A DNA stretch of 64,000 nt from NCBI GenBank assembly GCA_034183335.1, contig JAXFLJ010000015.1:3300-67299 (forward strand). Direction: 5' to 3'. Shown here piece by piece: positions 48,675 to 57,865 of this stretch. This DNA comes from Prevotella sp. (GTDB lineage Bacteria > Bacteroidota > Bacteroidia > Bacteroidales > Bacteroidaceae). The position numbers were made by a program, and so were the translations under genes. Numbering within the stretch: the stretch's first letter is position 1; the number at the start of each line of letters is the position of its first letter. Under the pieces are notes generated by a model. That model was given only the letters and a program-made list of their open reading frames with translations. It ran no database searches and was not told the origin of the DNA.

Positions 48675-49154
48675 TTATTGGGGATATTCAAGTCGGTCGG
48701 GAGTGATGCCTTCCAATACTTCTGAGAGGTATTTGCGTGATTCCCAGCGTGCCATAGGCAGATCGTGCAACAGATAGTTGCCACAGTCTTGGGGCGTTGT
48801 ACCGGGTATTTCACCCTCGTATTGTGCCACAAAGCTGAAGGTGCGCTTCATAAGTTCCACGATGTCGGCCGAAGTGTAGTCGCCACGTAGCAGCAGATAG
48901 TTGCCTGTAAGGCATCCCATAGGCCCCCAATAGACAATGCGCTCCGCCCATTCTGCATCGTTTCTCAGATAAGTGGCGGCTAAATGCTCGATGGTATGCA
49001 GTGCGCCGGGTTGTATGGCGGGCTCTCGGTTGGGGGCTTTCATGCGGATGTCGAAAGTCGTAACAACCTCGTTGCCCACTCGGTCTTTACGTGACACATA
49101 GATGCCGCGTTTCAGTCGGCAGTGATCTATGGTAAAACTGGGTATCTTTTCCAT
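48675..49154 (-). CDS. luxS: S-ribosylhomocysteine lyase
   Basis: Metal-binding HTIEHL motif and conserved Cys (GPMGCLTG). 159 aa. Confidence 0.9.
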   Translation of the reverse strand: MEKIPSFTIDHCRLKRGIYVSRKDRVGNEVVTTFDIRMKAPNREPAIQPGALHTIEHLAATYLRNDAEWAERIVYWGPMGCLTGNYLLLRGDYTSADIVELMKRTFSFVAQYEGEIPGTTPQDCGNYLLHDLPMARWESRKYLSEVLEGITPDRLEYPQ

Positions 49155-49185
49155 GTATTCTATGTTATATTCAATTGTTGGTGTG

Positions 49186-49869
49186 TCAGAGGGCAGACAG
49201 GAAATGACTCGTCACATCAAACGAACGTTCGGCCATGCGATTCCAGAAGTCGTAATATTGCGAGGCGTCTGTGTCGATGAGCGGTATGTCGCTGATGACC
49301 CGGAAAGAGATGAACGGAATGCCGTAAATATGGCATGTTTGTGCAATGGAGCAGCTCTCCATGTCTACTGCCATTGCTTCGGGAAAGCGATCGAGTATGA
49401 ACCCCATCTTTTCTTTGGTCGTTACAAACCAGTCTCCGCTGACAGTCAGTCCGCAGTGTATCTTAACCGGACAGTCAAGCTGGCGTGCCGTATCCAGTAG
49501 GCGGGCGTCGGCGGCATATCGTTCGGGCATGCCCATCATCTGTCCGTAGGCTGTCTCGCTGCCACACGATACATCGTGATACACGCATTCGGAAGCTGCT
49601 ACTACTTCGCCGATGGCTGTCCGCGCCGTTGCACCTCCTGCACATCCGGTTGATATGATGATGTCAGGCTGGCAACGGTGTATCATCTCCACCGTTCCGA
49701 TGGTAGAATTGACCTTGCCCACGCCGCATTGCTGTACGATGAGATGCTTGTTGCCGAAACATCCGGTAAGCATCTTCATTCCTTGCAGCCGTTCTTCCAT
49801 GCCATCGGAGAGGATGGAGCGGATGCTCTCAAACTCCTTTTCCATGGCAACTATCACGCCTATCTTCAT
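49186..49869 (-). CDS. mtnN: 5'-methylthioadenosine/S-adenosylhomocysteine nucleosidase
   Basis: MKIGVIVAMEKEFESI start, MESCSIAQ and RVISD motifs of the Pfs/MtnN family. Confidence 0.9.
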   Translation of the reverse strand: MKIGVIVAMEKEFESIRSILSDGMEERLQGMKMLTGCFGNKHLIVQQCGVGKVNSTIGTVEMIHRCQPDIIISTGCAGGATARTAIGEVVAASECVYHDVSCGSETAYGQMMGMPERYAADARLLDTARQLDCPVKIHCGLTVSGDWFVTTKEKMGFILDRFPEAMAVDMESCSIAQTCHIYGIPFISFRVISDIPLIDTDASQYYDFWNRMAERSFDVTSHFLSAL

Positions 49870-49890
49870 CTGTTTTCAAATATTTACGCA

Positions 49891-49898
49891 CAAAGTTA
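49891..49898 (-). promoter_or_regulatory. -7 box TAacTTTG upstream of mtnN-luxS-sugE
   Basis: 22 nt upstream of the ATG at 49869. It forms a divergent pair with the box at 49912-49919. Confidence 0.5.
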
Positions 49899-49911
49899 CG
49901 ATTAATTTTCG

Positions 49912-49919
49912 TATTTTTG
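49912..49919 (+). promoter_or_regulatory. -7 box TAttTTTG upstream of the yfhO-family gene
   Basis: 39 nt before the ATG at 49958. Confidence 0.5.
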
Positions 49920-49957
49920 CAGCCAAGTCATGAAAATATCATTGTAAAGAAATCAAT

Positions 49958-52471
49958 ATGAAAACATGGAAACAATGGCTGCCCGATGTTTTGGCGGTGG
50001 CTCTCTTTGCTGTAATCTCGTTTGCTTATTTCTTTCCTGCCGACATAGAAGGCCGTATCCTCTATCAGCATGATGCGTCAGCCGGACGAGGAGCGGGGCA
50101 GGAGGCTGCCGAATATAAACAACGGACTGGTGAGCAGACACGTTGGTCTAACTCTACATTCAGCGGTATGCCCACCTATCAGTATTCTCCGTCGTATCAG
50201 AGTACGAGCATTCTGAGTCAGGCCATGAAGGCCTATCACCTGTGGTTGCCTGAAGCCGTGTGGTATGTCTTTGCCTATCTTCTGGGCTTTTATATCATGC
50301 TGCGTGCTTTCAACTATCGACATTCGCTGGCAGTCTTGGGTTCTGTCATCTGGGCTTTTTCCTCGTATTTCTTCATTATTATTGCCGCTGGTCACATCTG
50401 GAAAGTAATGGCACTGGCTTATCTGCCGCCGCTCATAGGCGGAATTGTGCTTGCCTATCGTGGAAAGTTGCTGTGGGGATTTGTGCTTACGGCACTATTC
50501 TCGGCCTTTGAGGTGCAAGCCAATCACGTGCAGATGACTTATTATTACCTCTTTCTCATAGCATTCATGGTTGTGGCATTCCTTGTCGAGGCCATCAGAG
50601 AAAAGCAAATGGCACGTTTTGCCAAAGCTACGGCTACGTGTCTGGCTGCCGCTGCGGTGGGCATTTGCGTCAATATATCCAATCTTTATCACACTTGGGA
50701 ATATCAGAAAGAGTCGATGCGTGGCAAGAGCGAACTGGTTAAGCAAGACAAGAAAGACGCAGCCAACCAGACAAGTAGCGGTCTTGACCGAGACTATATT
50801 ACCCAATGGAGCTATGGAATAGATGAAACATGGACGTTGCTCATACCCAACGCAAAGGGAGGGGCTACCGTTCCTATAAGCGAGAACGCCACTGCCATGA
50901 AAAAGGCAGACCCCATGTATTACGAAAGCTACAGTCGGATAGGTCAGTATTGGGGAGATCAGCCCATGACAAGTGGGCCTGTCTACGTGGGAGCTTTTGT
51001 ACTGATGCTTTTCATTTTTGGGCTGTTTATTGTCAAAGGACCTATGAAATGGGCATTGTTGGGGGCTACGATATTCTCCATTCTGCTCTCGTGGGGCAAG
51101 AACTTCATGCCGTTGACAGACTTCTTTATCGACCATGTGCCCATGTATGCCAAGTTCAGGGCGGTAGCTTCGATACTCGTCGTAGCCGAGTTCACCATTC
51201 CGTTGCTGGCCATCATGGCTCTCAAGCGTATTACGGATGACCCTTCAGTGTTGTCGAAGAATATGAAGAAATTGTATCTCAGCTTCGGTCTCACGGCTGG
51301 CATTGCCTTGCTGTTTGCTTTGATACCCTCTCTCTATTCGGGAGATTTTATCAGTGGTATGGAAAAGGAAATCCTTGCAGGCGATACATCAGGCCAATAT
51401 GCACCGCTGTTGAGAAGTATCGGCGAGATGCGCAAGGCCATCTTCGTGAGCGATTGCTACCGTACATTCTTTATTATCGTCATCGGCACGCTGCTTCTGT
51501 TACTCTTCAAAGCCCGAAAAATGAGCAGTCTGTATATGGTTTGTGGCATTGCTGCGCTTTGCCTGATAGACATGTGGATGGTCAACAAGCGTTATCTCAA
51601 CGACAATATGTTTGTAAATCGCAGCGTGAGGGATATGCCTGTGGAGCAAACGCCCACCGATGCTGCGATATTACAAGACAAATCGCTTAACTATCGCGTG
51701 CTTAATATGGCAACGAACACATTCAATGAGAATGAAACTTCATATTTTCATAAGAGCATTGGTGGCTATCATGCGGCTAAGTTGCGTCGCTATCAGGAGA
51801 TGATAGAGAACTATATCGTTCCCGAAATGCAAAAGATGATGCCCGCATTGGCGAAGGCTGGCGGCAACATGGCTGCCGTTAAGGGAGACTCTCTCTTCCC
51901 TGTTATCAACATGCTTAATGCCAAATACATCATCGTGCCGTTACAAGCGGAGGGCAACACAATGCCTTTGTCCAATCCTTATGCAATGGGCAACGCATGG
52001 TTTGTTGATAAAGTAACTTTTGTAAATAATGCCAACGAAGAGATAGACGGTGTGGGACGCATCGACTTACATCATGAAGCAGTGGCCGACAAGCGATTTG
52101 CAGACCAACTGGGCGTGAGCCTTCCGCAAGCTCCCACTGCCAAAGTTACGATTACGGCCTATGAACCCAATCGCTTGGAATACACTGCCAAGTCTGAGAA
52201 GGGCGGTGTGGTGGTCTTCTCTGAAATATATTATCCAGGTTGGACGGCCACTGTCGACGGGGCAGATGTTCCCGTAGGACGTGTCAATTACATTCTTCGT
52301 GCAGTGAAAGTACCGGCTGGTGAACACAAGATTGTGTTGAGTTTCTTCCCCAAGAGCATAGACCGCACGGAAACCATAGCGTACATCGCTTTTGCCATTC
52401 TCGTGCTTTCCGTTGTCTTTGCCTGTGTCCAGAGGCTGAGAAAGCAACGCAAGGAAACGCCTGCGGAATAA
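49958..52471 (+). CDS. YfhO family membrane protein
   Basis: 837 aa, polytopic N-terminal two-thirds plus a C-terminal extracytoplasmic domain and a final TM helix. Typical Bacteroidota YfhO layout. Confidence 0.7.
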   Translation: MKTWKQWLPDVLAVALFAVISFAYFFPADIEGRILYQHDASAGRGAGQEAAEYKQRTGEQTRWSNSTFSGMPTYQYSPSYQSTSILSQAMKAYHLWLPEAVWYVFAYLLGFYIMLRAFNYRHSLAVLGSVIWAFSSYFFIIIAAGHIWKVMALAYLPPLIGGIVLAYRGKLLWGFVLTALFSAFEVQANHVQMTYYYLFLIAFMVVAFLVEAIREKQMARFAKATATCLAAAAVGICVNISNLYHTWEYQKESMRGKSELVKQDKKDAANQTSSGLDRDYITQWSYGIDETWTLLIPNAKGGATVPISENATAMKKADPMYYESYSRIGQYWGDQPMTSGPVYVGAFVLMLFIFGLFIVKGPMKWALLGATIFSILLSWGKNFMPLTDFFIDHVPMYAKFRAVASILVVAEFTIPLLAIMALKRITDDPSVLSKNMKKLYLSFGLTAGIALLFALIPSLYSGDFISGMEKEILAGDTSGQYAPLLRSIGEMRKAIFVSDCYRTFFIIVIGTLLLLLFKARKMSSLYMVCGIAALCLIDMWMVNKRYLNDNMFVNRSVRDMPVEQTPTDAAILQDKSLNYRVLNMATNTFNENETSYFHKSIGGYHAAKLRRYQEMIENYIVPEMQKMMPALAKAGGNMAAVKGDSLFPVINMLNAKYIIVPLQAEGNTMPLSNPYAMGNAWFVDKVTFVNNANEEIDGVGRIDLHHEAVADKRFADQLGVSLPQAPTAKVTITAYEPNRLEYTAKSEKGGVVVFSEIYYPGWTATVDGADVPVGRVNYILRAVKVPAGEHKIVLSFFPKSIDRTETIAYIAFAILVLSVVFACVQRLRKQRKETPAE

Positions 52472-52500
52472 ATATCTATCCGCAGGTTAAGCCTTTGCTC

Positions 52501-52530
52501 TCCCATCAGTCTCTATGACTGATAGGGGGA
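52501..52530. repeat. REP-like palindrome resembling paired family-1 termini
   Basis: TCCCATCAGTC-tctat-GACTGATAGGGGGA lies between the convergent yfhO and the TonB-dependent receptor gene. Confidence 0.5.
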
Positions 52531-52595
52531 AAGGGGGACGACATCTATAGAATGTTCGTGACGGCAAACCCCACAATTGGTTTGTATGGCGACTG

Positions 52596-54938
52596 TTAGT
52601 ATGTGAACTTCATACCCATGTAGAAACATCTTGGGGTAGCGGGTCCGTAGATGTAGCCTGCATCACGCGCCCATCCTTTGTCGAAGTCCTTTTGGTAGGC
52701 GTTCGTTAGGTTTTGTATGCCTCCGTTCAGCTGCATGGCTGTCTGCTGACTGACGGCGATGTCGTAAGAGAGTTTGATGTTTAGGGTTAAGAAAGAGGGC
52801 GTGTTTACCGCAACGGGTTTGTCTACGCCCGAACCTGTTGCATGCCCAATCAGCATGCTGCCGGTGTAGTTACCCGATAGGGCTGCCGTGAAGTGTTTGA
52901 ACGGTGTGAGTGATGCTGTGAAATAACCATATGTATTGGGTGTGCGCATCATTCTTTTTTCCTTGGGAGCTTCTTCGTTCCATTCCACAGGTTCACCATA
53001 TTCGCTTTTCTGCAAGGTTATTCCTGCCTGAAGCTGAAACCAAGAAGTAAAGGCAGCTTTCCCTTCGAGGTTGATGCCGAATACCTTGGCCTTGTTGGCG
53101 TTGTATCGTTCTTGGATGATGTTGCCGTATTCGTCTTTCTCGTCCAGTTGTCGCAGTCCGAATACGTTGTTCAGCCGAGTGTGAAATCCTTCAACAAGGA
53201 GATTGGTCTGTATGTTTCCGAAACGTTGGTAGAAGTCACAAGACAGACTGAAGCTGTGTGAGCGTTCTTCTTTGAGTCCTTGTGCATGCCGTGTCACGAC
53301 ACGTTCGCCTCCCACGAGACCGATATGCAGATCTTCGTCAAATGCTTGTGGTGCACGGAAACCGTCGGCATAGGTGAGGCGCAGGTTGATGTCTTTCGCA
53401 AAATTGAAGCGCAGGTTGATGCGTGGACTGAAGATAGCTTTCTCTATCATGTTATGTTTGTCGATGCGTCCACCGATGAGCAGTCCCCATTTTTCATTCT
53501 TCCATTCATTTTGCATGTATACGCTCCAAATCCTCACTTTTTGATCAAGCAGGTGATTGTATCCGCTTATTTCATCTTTCAGATGGTTGTGGTTATACTC
53601 CGTTCCCAGTGTGAGCGTTGCCGGTATGTAGAGCAGTTTTTCCATGTTGAAGGCATATTGTGCGCCAAGTATGTAGGTAAGGTCTTGGGTTCGTCCGTAG
53701 GCCTTTCGTGCGTTGTCCATATCTTCTTGCGAAATACCCTCTCCTATACCTCCGTAGTAGCTTTTCCTCTCTGTATTTTGGATGGACAGATAGGTTTTCA
53801 GAATGTGCTTTCCATTGTCTGAGAGGAAATCGTAGGCCAAATTGCCTCCATTGATGTCGTGTTCGAGTTGTTCGGCAATGTTGGCTTCATGTGGCGTGAG
53901 ATGCAGATGGTTGCCTCCGCGTCTGAATTCGTGCAGGCTGTGGTATTGCAGAGTCAGTTTGGAGTAAGGGGTGAACTTGTAGAAAGTGCTTAATCCGATG
54001 GTGTTGTTATGCAGGTTGGGTAGTTCTGTATAGTTGTCTCCGTCGTAGTCAACTCCTGGCCGATAGTGGTGTTGTCCATACAGATAGAAGCCTGCTTTCC
54101 GGTCATCGCTCACAAGCGACAGATTTGCCGTGGTATTGTTTTCCATGGTCTTTCCCTCCTTGATGGAAGTGATGGTGTGTGCCACTTCGGCCGAATTGCG
54201 TGTAGGTTCTTTAGTAATGATATTGATTGTTCCGCCGATGGCTGATGCACCGTAAAGCGAAGAACCTCCGCCACGTACCACTTCGATACGTTCTATCATG
54301 TTGGTGGGTATTTGTTCTAGTCCGTAGACACCATTTAAGGCCGAGAAGATAGGGCGCGAGTCAATGAGGATTTGCGAATAATGCCCGTCGAGGCCGTTGA
54401 TGCGTACTTGGGTGAAACCGCAGTTCTGGCAGTTGTCTTCCGTTCGTACACCTGGCTGGAAGTTTAATGACTGGCACATGTTCATGGAGTGGGTTATGTT
54501 GAACAGTCGGGTGTCGAGCACATTGACCAAGGTGGATGCTTCTCTTCTCAATGTCATGTTACGGTTGGACGATACAACCACTTCGTCTATAGAAATGGCG
54601 TCTTCGCTGAGTTCGAAGTTGGCTTCTGTCTTGCTGCCTGCTTTTATTTCAACTTGCTTGGTTGCTGTGCGAAACCCCATGTGTCTCACTTCTATGACAA
54701 CATTGCCTTCAGGTACATTGTTCAGCTCGTATTGCCCCGATATGTTGGTGTTGCTTCCGATGTTGGTTCCTTCCACTGTCACGTATGCGTGAGGCAGGGT
54801 TGCTTTGTCTTTACTGTTGACAACCAATCCGTGTATGGTGCCATGTTTCTTTTCTCTTTTTTCTCCCTCGTCCGCTTTCATGTGTTGGGGTATGAGAGCG
54901 ATGACAAAGAGCATGGTATACAAGAAAGTTTTATTCAT
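52596..54938 (-). CDS. TonB-dependent receptor with N-terminal carboxypeptidase-regulatory-like domain
   Basis: Signal peptide, CarbopepD_reg-like segment (GTIHGLVVNSKD...), plug region (DEVVVSS...), a long beta-barrel and a terminal aromatic residue ...GMKFTY. Confidence 0.85.
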   Translation of the reverse strand: MNKTFLYTMLFVIALIPQHMKADEGEKREKKHGTIHGLVVNSKDKATLPHAYVTVEGTNIGSNTNISGQYELNNVPEGNVVIEVRHMGFRTATKQVEIKAGSKTEANFELSEDAISIDEVVVSSNRNMTLRREASTLVNVLDTRLFNITHSMNMCQSLNFQPGVRTEDNCQNCGFTQVRINGLDGHYSQILIDSRPIFSALNGVYGLEQIPTNMIERIEVVRGGGSSLYGASAIGGTINIITKEPTRNSAEVAHTITSIKEGKTMENNTTANLSLVSDDRKAGFYLYGQHHYRPGVDYDGDNYTELPNLHNNTIGLSTFYKFTPYSKLTLQYHSLHEFRRGGNHLHLTPHEANIAEQLEHDINGGNLAYDFLSDNGKHILKTYLSIQNTERKSYYGGIGEGISQEDMDNARKAYGRTQDLTYILGAQYAFNMEKLLYIPATLTLGTEYNHNHLKDEISGYNHLLDQKVRIWSVYMQNEWKNEKWGLLIGGRIDKHNMIEKAIFSPRINLRFNFAKDINLRLTYADGFRAPQAFDEDLHIGLVGGERVVTRHAQGLKEERSHSFSLSCDFYQRFGNIQTNLLVEGFHTRLNNVFGLRQLDEKDEYGNIIQERYNANKAKVFGINLEGKAAFTSWFQLQAGITLQKSEYGEPVEWNEEAPKEKRMMRTPNTYGYFTASLTPFKHFTAALSGNYTGSMLIGHATGSGVDKPVAVNTPSFLTLNIKLSYDIAVSQQTAMQLNGGIQNLTNAYQKDFDKGWARDAGYIYGPATPRCFYMGMKFTY

Positions 54939-54978
54939 TTTCTGATACAGTTAATGTTGTTATACATGTTTTCTGTGG

Positions 54979-54986
54979 CAAAGATA
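54979..54986 (-). promoter_or_regulatory. -7 box TAtcTTTG upstream of the TonB-dependent receptor gene
   Basis: 41 nt upstream of the ATG at 54938. Confidence 0.5.
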
Positions 54987-55159
54987 GAACTTGTGTCATG
55001 TATCTGCAATACCGAAAAGATGGTAATTTATGTGATGACAACATTTCGATTTCACTGCTTTCATGGCTAACATCTTTTGGGTATAAGAGCCTTGATGATG
55101 TGGTATCGTGTCGCTTAACAGTCACAATGCCCTTTGGTAAGAGGTAATGTAAGGATAAA

Positions 55160-55208
55160 ATGGCGGAAACAAAAAGAGACAAGGCAGAAACCGTGTTCAA
55201 ACGGTTTC
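55160..55208 (-). terminator. intrinsic terminator after aroB
   Basis: Perfect 18-bp stem AGACAAGGCAGAAACCGT / ACGGTTTCTGCCTTGTCT, followed on the minus strand by CTTTTTGTTT. Confidence 0.8.
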
Positions 55209-55243
55209 TGCCTTGTCTTATGGGAGAGGTTCGTTGGTCGTGG

Positions 55244-56290
55244 TTATCCTTCACGGATGAAGTCGAGTGCTTCGCAAATGTTTTTCTCGTCCACGGTTAC
55301 ATCGGTTATGGGCTTGCCGATGTCTGAGAGCAAGACCATTCTTATCTCATCGCCACTGTTCTTCTTGTCGCGCTTCATCAGGGCGATAAGCGTTTCGTAA
55401 TCGTTGCAGGTGAAGGCAGGACGACCATAATGTTCACGGATGAATGCCACTGTTTGACGCATGTTCTCCGTAGGAAAACCTTGCAAGACAACGCTGAGAT
55501 AGAGTGCACCCACCAGTCCGTGAGCCACGGCAAAGCCATGCGGCATTGCCGTTCGGGCTATATCCCATGTCTCGATGCCGTGTCCGATGGTATGTCCGAG
55601 GTTCAATGCCTTTCTGATACCCCTCTCTTTCGGGTCGGCTGTCACGATGCGTGCTTTTGTTTGAAGCGAATTTTCCACCATTTCGCCTATGATTTCTACA
55701 TCGGGGCGGTGCATGTCGAAGGTCAGCAGATTGCTCCATGCCTGCCTGTCGGACAGCAGTCCGTGTTTGAGCATTTCTGCATAGCCTTCCAGAAGTTGTC
55801 TTGCCGAGAGTGTTCGGAGAAAAGGCGGATGGACAATGGTGGAAAATGGCATGGCAAAAGTGCCTACTTCGTTCTTTGCTCCGTTGAAGTTGATGCCTGT
55901 TTTTCCGCCTATTGAGGCATCAACCATGGCCAACAGCGTGGTAGGAATGTGGATGAAGGGAATGCCGCGTTTGAAAGTCGATGCGGCAAAACCGCCCAAG
56001 TCGCTCACCATGCCGCCTCCCAGACAGACGAGCAAACTGTGGCGTGTGGCTCTTCCGTTGCCCAAAGCTGTCCAGACTTGTGCCAGTGTGTCGAGGTTTT
56101 TGTGCTTGTCGCTGGCCTTGACGACAATCTCCTTCGCATCAGCCATGCAGTGATGAGAGTCGAGGCATGGCCTGCAAAACGCTTGTGTATTCTCGTCTGT
56201 CAGGATAAATATGCGGTCGGGGCGACATGCCGAAACGGCTTCCGCAAGTTCTTTTTCCAGTTGGCGTGTTACGATGAAACCTCTTTCCAT
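55244..56290 (-). CDS. aroB: 3-dehydroquinate synthase
   Basis: GGGMVSDLGGFAASTFKRGI nucleotide-binding loop and metal-binding His residues (HTIGHGIE...HGFAVAHG). Confidence 0.9.
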   Translation of the reverse strand: MERGFIVTRQLEKELAEAVSACRPDRIFILTDENTQAFCRPCLDSHHCMADAKEIVVKASDKHKNLDTLAQVWTALGNGRATRHSLLVCLGGGMVSDLGGFAASTFKRGIPFIHIPTTLLAMVDASIGGKTGINFNGAKNEVGTFAMPFSTIVHPPFLRTLSARQLLEGYAEMLKHGLLSDRQAWSNLLTFDMHRPDVEIIGEMVENSLQTKARIVTADPKERGIRKALNLGHTIGHGIETWDIARTAMPHGFAVAHGLVGALYLSVVLQGFPTENMRQTVAFIREHYGRPAFTCNDYETLIALMKRDKKNSGDEIRMVLLSDIGKPITDVTVDEKNICEALDFIREG

Positions 56291-56308
56291 GGTGTTGGGT
56301 GTATAAGT

Positions 56309-57256
56309 TCAGTTTGTCACTTTCCTTTCTTTCAGGCCATCCTCACGCATCAATCGGCACAGATAGCCGAGTTTGTATATCTTGAAGAGCAGCAGCGAGG
56401 GTTTGCTTTTTGTCAGTCGTTTGCGAATCATGCCGCCAATGAGGGCGTGAAGGCTGCCGACCATGCCCGATAAGTGCCACTTGTTGATGCGTTCCGCAGC
56501 TGAAAGCAATGGCGAATAGCCTTTTAGTTCTGTCCGAAAGACCGACAATGTGTGCAGGGCTTCTTCTGTTTTCGATAGAAAATCGGCGTTGCTTTCAAAG
56601 TTGTCGAAGAGCAGTGGGTTGTCGATGTGTGTGATACCGATGCCCGCTTCTTGCAGTACCCGTCCGAAAAAGACGTCTTCATAGCCATAATGACGGAAAC
56701 GCTCGTCGAATGGATAAGTCAGCATGATGTCGCGACGAATGAGGAAATTGGATGTGTGAAAGTCTCTGTGGGGATGCTGTTGGCGCATTTCGCTCCGTCG
56801 TGAGTTCTCGCTCCTCCATTCATATATATAGCGGAGGTTGCGCATGAGGGCAGGAGAGGGGTGTGGAACGGTGTATGCCCCATAAACAACTGGGGATGGC
56901 ATACATTTCAGATAATGATGTATGAAACGGTCGGAATACAAACGCATGTCGCTGTCAATGAACAGAAGATTTTCGAAACGTGCCGTTTGTGCCAGAAAGT
57001 TGCGGATGGCTGCCCTGCCGGCATTCTTTCCCCGTTCGATAAACTTGCAGTGTTCCAGTTGGTTGATGCGCCGGTTAGATGCCAGGACATCACTGCGTGT
57101 GGAACCGTCATCGCCCACGATAATCTCAAAAGTCAGTCCGTTTATAGCTGCGGCCTGCCTTTCCAATTTGCTGACCAACTCGAAACAATCATCGTGAAAG
57201 GTCGGCAGCAATATGGATAATTCGCATATGGGAGAAACGGAAGTGTTGATACTCAT
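56309..57256 (-). CDS. glycosyltransferase family 2 protein
   Basis: LSILLPTFHDD ... IVGDDGSTRSD ... DSD motifs of GT-A fold GT2 enzymes. Confidence 0.8.
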   Translation of the reverse strand: MSINTSVSPICELSILLPTFHDDCFELVSKLERQAAAINGLTFEIIVGDDGSTRSDVLASNRRINQLEHCKFIERGKNAGRAAIRNFLAQTARFENLLFIDSDMRLYSDRFIHHYLKCMPSPVVYGAYTVPHPSPALMRNLRYIYEWRSENSRRSEMRQQHPHRDFHTSNFLIRRDIMLTYPFDERFRHYGYEDVFFGRVLQEAGIGITHIDNPLLFDNFESNADFLSKTEEALHTLSVFRTELKGYSPLLSAAERINKWHLSGMVGSLHALIGGMIRKRLTKSKPSLLLFKIYKLGYLCRLMREDGLKERKVTN

Positions 57257-57260
57257 GATG

Positions 57261-57268
57261 CAAAAGTA
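57261..57268 (-). promoter_or_regulatory. -7 box TActTTTG abutting the GT2 start codon (possible leaderless transcript)
   Basis: The minus strand reads TACTTTTG-catc-ATG. Confidence 0.4.
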
Positions 57269-57361
57269 CGAAGAATCGCCGAAAATAACGAAGAATCATT
57301 TCTTACTTCGCATACCTTTCTTTCCGTTATGTGATGAATATATACGTAAAATTTGATAATT

Positions 57362-57755
57362 TCAAATCGTTATTTAGACCGCCAATGTTATACTCTTCGC
57401 TGATAATGTTACTTCCCGACTACTTTCGTCCGCTTGTCGGCAGCTTCTCTACCGTTTTTCCTTGGTGTAGCCCGTTATGCCTTTGGTTACGGACAGACAC
57501 AGGGGGCTGTCCCTACGATGACGACAGCAATAACGACAGCAATAACGACACACCAATGCTATATTATATATGGTAGGCTATTCGTGAAAATGTAGGGACA
57601 GACCCTGTGTCTGTCCGTCAACAACCCTTCGTCAAAGTCCCCGAACCCGGGTACTTGCTGATGGGGCATTATGTTGGGTTACTCCAAAACCGACGGACAA
57701 TTTGCTCGACATCCGGACAAAATCAGCACGGCCTCTAATGAGTGAATCGGGATTG
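57362..57755 (-). mobile_element. family-1 element carrying the M2 module (left flank of the esterase gene)
   Basis: Ends are TCAAATCGTTATTTAGACCGCC and GGCCTCTAATGAGTGAATCGGGATTG. The interior is collinear, in reverse complement, with 59285-59703. Confidence 0.75.
57491..57616 (-). repeat. M2 module with one 44-bp unit (plus a 12-bp GTTATTGCTGTC duplication)
   Basis: Arms at 57491-57516 and 57592-57616. Confidence 0.85.
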
Positions 57756-57865
57756 TCGTGATATAATAAAGACCCTTGTCTTTCGCCATATACTCCCAAT
57801 CGTTCATTTCATCATGAAATGAACGATTATATTTTCATCATGCAAAACTTGTTTTTGTTTTGGTT

